Shown here piece by piece: positions 63,318-64,000 of a stretch of 64,000 bases of DNA. This stretch comes from Torpedo marmorata. Lineage: Eukaryota. Where the stretch lies: NCBI GenBank assembly GCA_977017645.1, contig OZ360222.1, positions 228,532,001 through 228,596,000 of the forward strand, read 5' to 3'. Position 1 is the stretch's first letter. Every line of letters starts with the position of its first letter. The position numbers and the translations under genes were made by a program. Under the pieces are notes generated by a model that saw only the letters and a list, made by a program, of their open reading frames with translations, had not been told where the DNA came from and made no database searches.

Positions 63318-64000
63318 CTAGAAATGATAAACAAGACTTAGTACATAATAAATATACAGAGAAATACAAATCAAACAGTCAACTTCAAAAAAATGCTTTA
63401 AAAAGACAAACAGGAAATATGAAATTCAAATCCACATAAAATAGTGTCGCTTTTATACACACAGAGAAGAAAATTATCAAATAGATTGGACCACTAAGAA
63501 ACACGAGTGTCACTAAAAAAATGTCAGGGATGCTGATTTAATACTTTGCTTTAGTTCTTAACAAAAGGCTCAAGGGAAATATCCATAACAGAAATCGAAC
63601 ATTACAATGGTTATGATAAAAAAAATCAAACATTTAAATAATTAATATATAGTTTATAACAAATACTAATCCCTTTAAAGGCATAAAATCAACAGGTAAA
63701 GTCTAATCATGATGTACAAGTAAAATTAAAAATAGTATTAGATCCAAGAAAAAAAGTTATAATGATATGAGGAGCAAACTTGGAGATTAAGAACATTTCA
63801 GAATGCAGCAGAGCAGGTAAAATAATTCAAAAAGGGAAAGTAGAATGTGTGAATAATCAGACTGTAAAAGATACCATAGATATGTGAAAAGGGAAAGATT
63901 AGCAGAGAATTAAGGTTCCCTTGCTGACAGTGACATGACATAGTACACAAGGGAATAAGAAAAAGAATGGTATTAAAATGTTGTCTTTTTCAAAGTTAAA

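Overview
Eukaryotic vertebrate genomic DNA, AT-rich and repeat-dense. The repeat repertoire (V-SINEs, CR1, Rex-Babar, Penelope-like elements, AT-rich L1) suggests a cartilaginous fish; this is inference. The window holds the 3' two-thirds of a MED13L gene (Mediator kinase-module subunit 13-like) on the minus strand. I traced 21 coding exons by hand, from 63317 down to the stop codon at 19884, and they keep reading frame across every junction. Exon numbers 11-31 are borrowed from the human gene from memory. One intron can only keep frame with a non-canonical GC donor. Below the stop lie a probable 3' UTR and about 16-18 kb of non-coding downstream DNA. Introns and flank carry many transposable elements: a very young Penelope-like element with inverted ends and hammerhead-like motifs, a 5S rRNA-derived SINE, an internally deleted Tigger, a Passer/POGK-type pogo with subterminal repeat arrays plus a related MITE, and Rex-Babar, CR1, L2 and L1 LINEs. 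There is also a solo LTR nested in a CR1, and two L1 3' ends joined inside one target-site duplication (TSD). I see no evidence for a wholly new protein-coding system. The most unusual signals concern retrotransposition mechanism and RNA structure or splicing.
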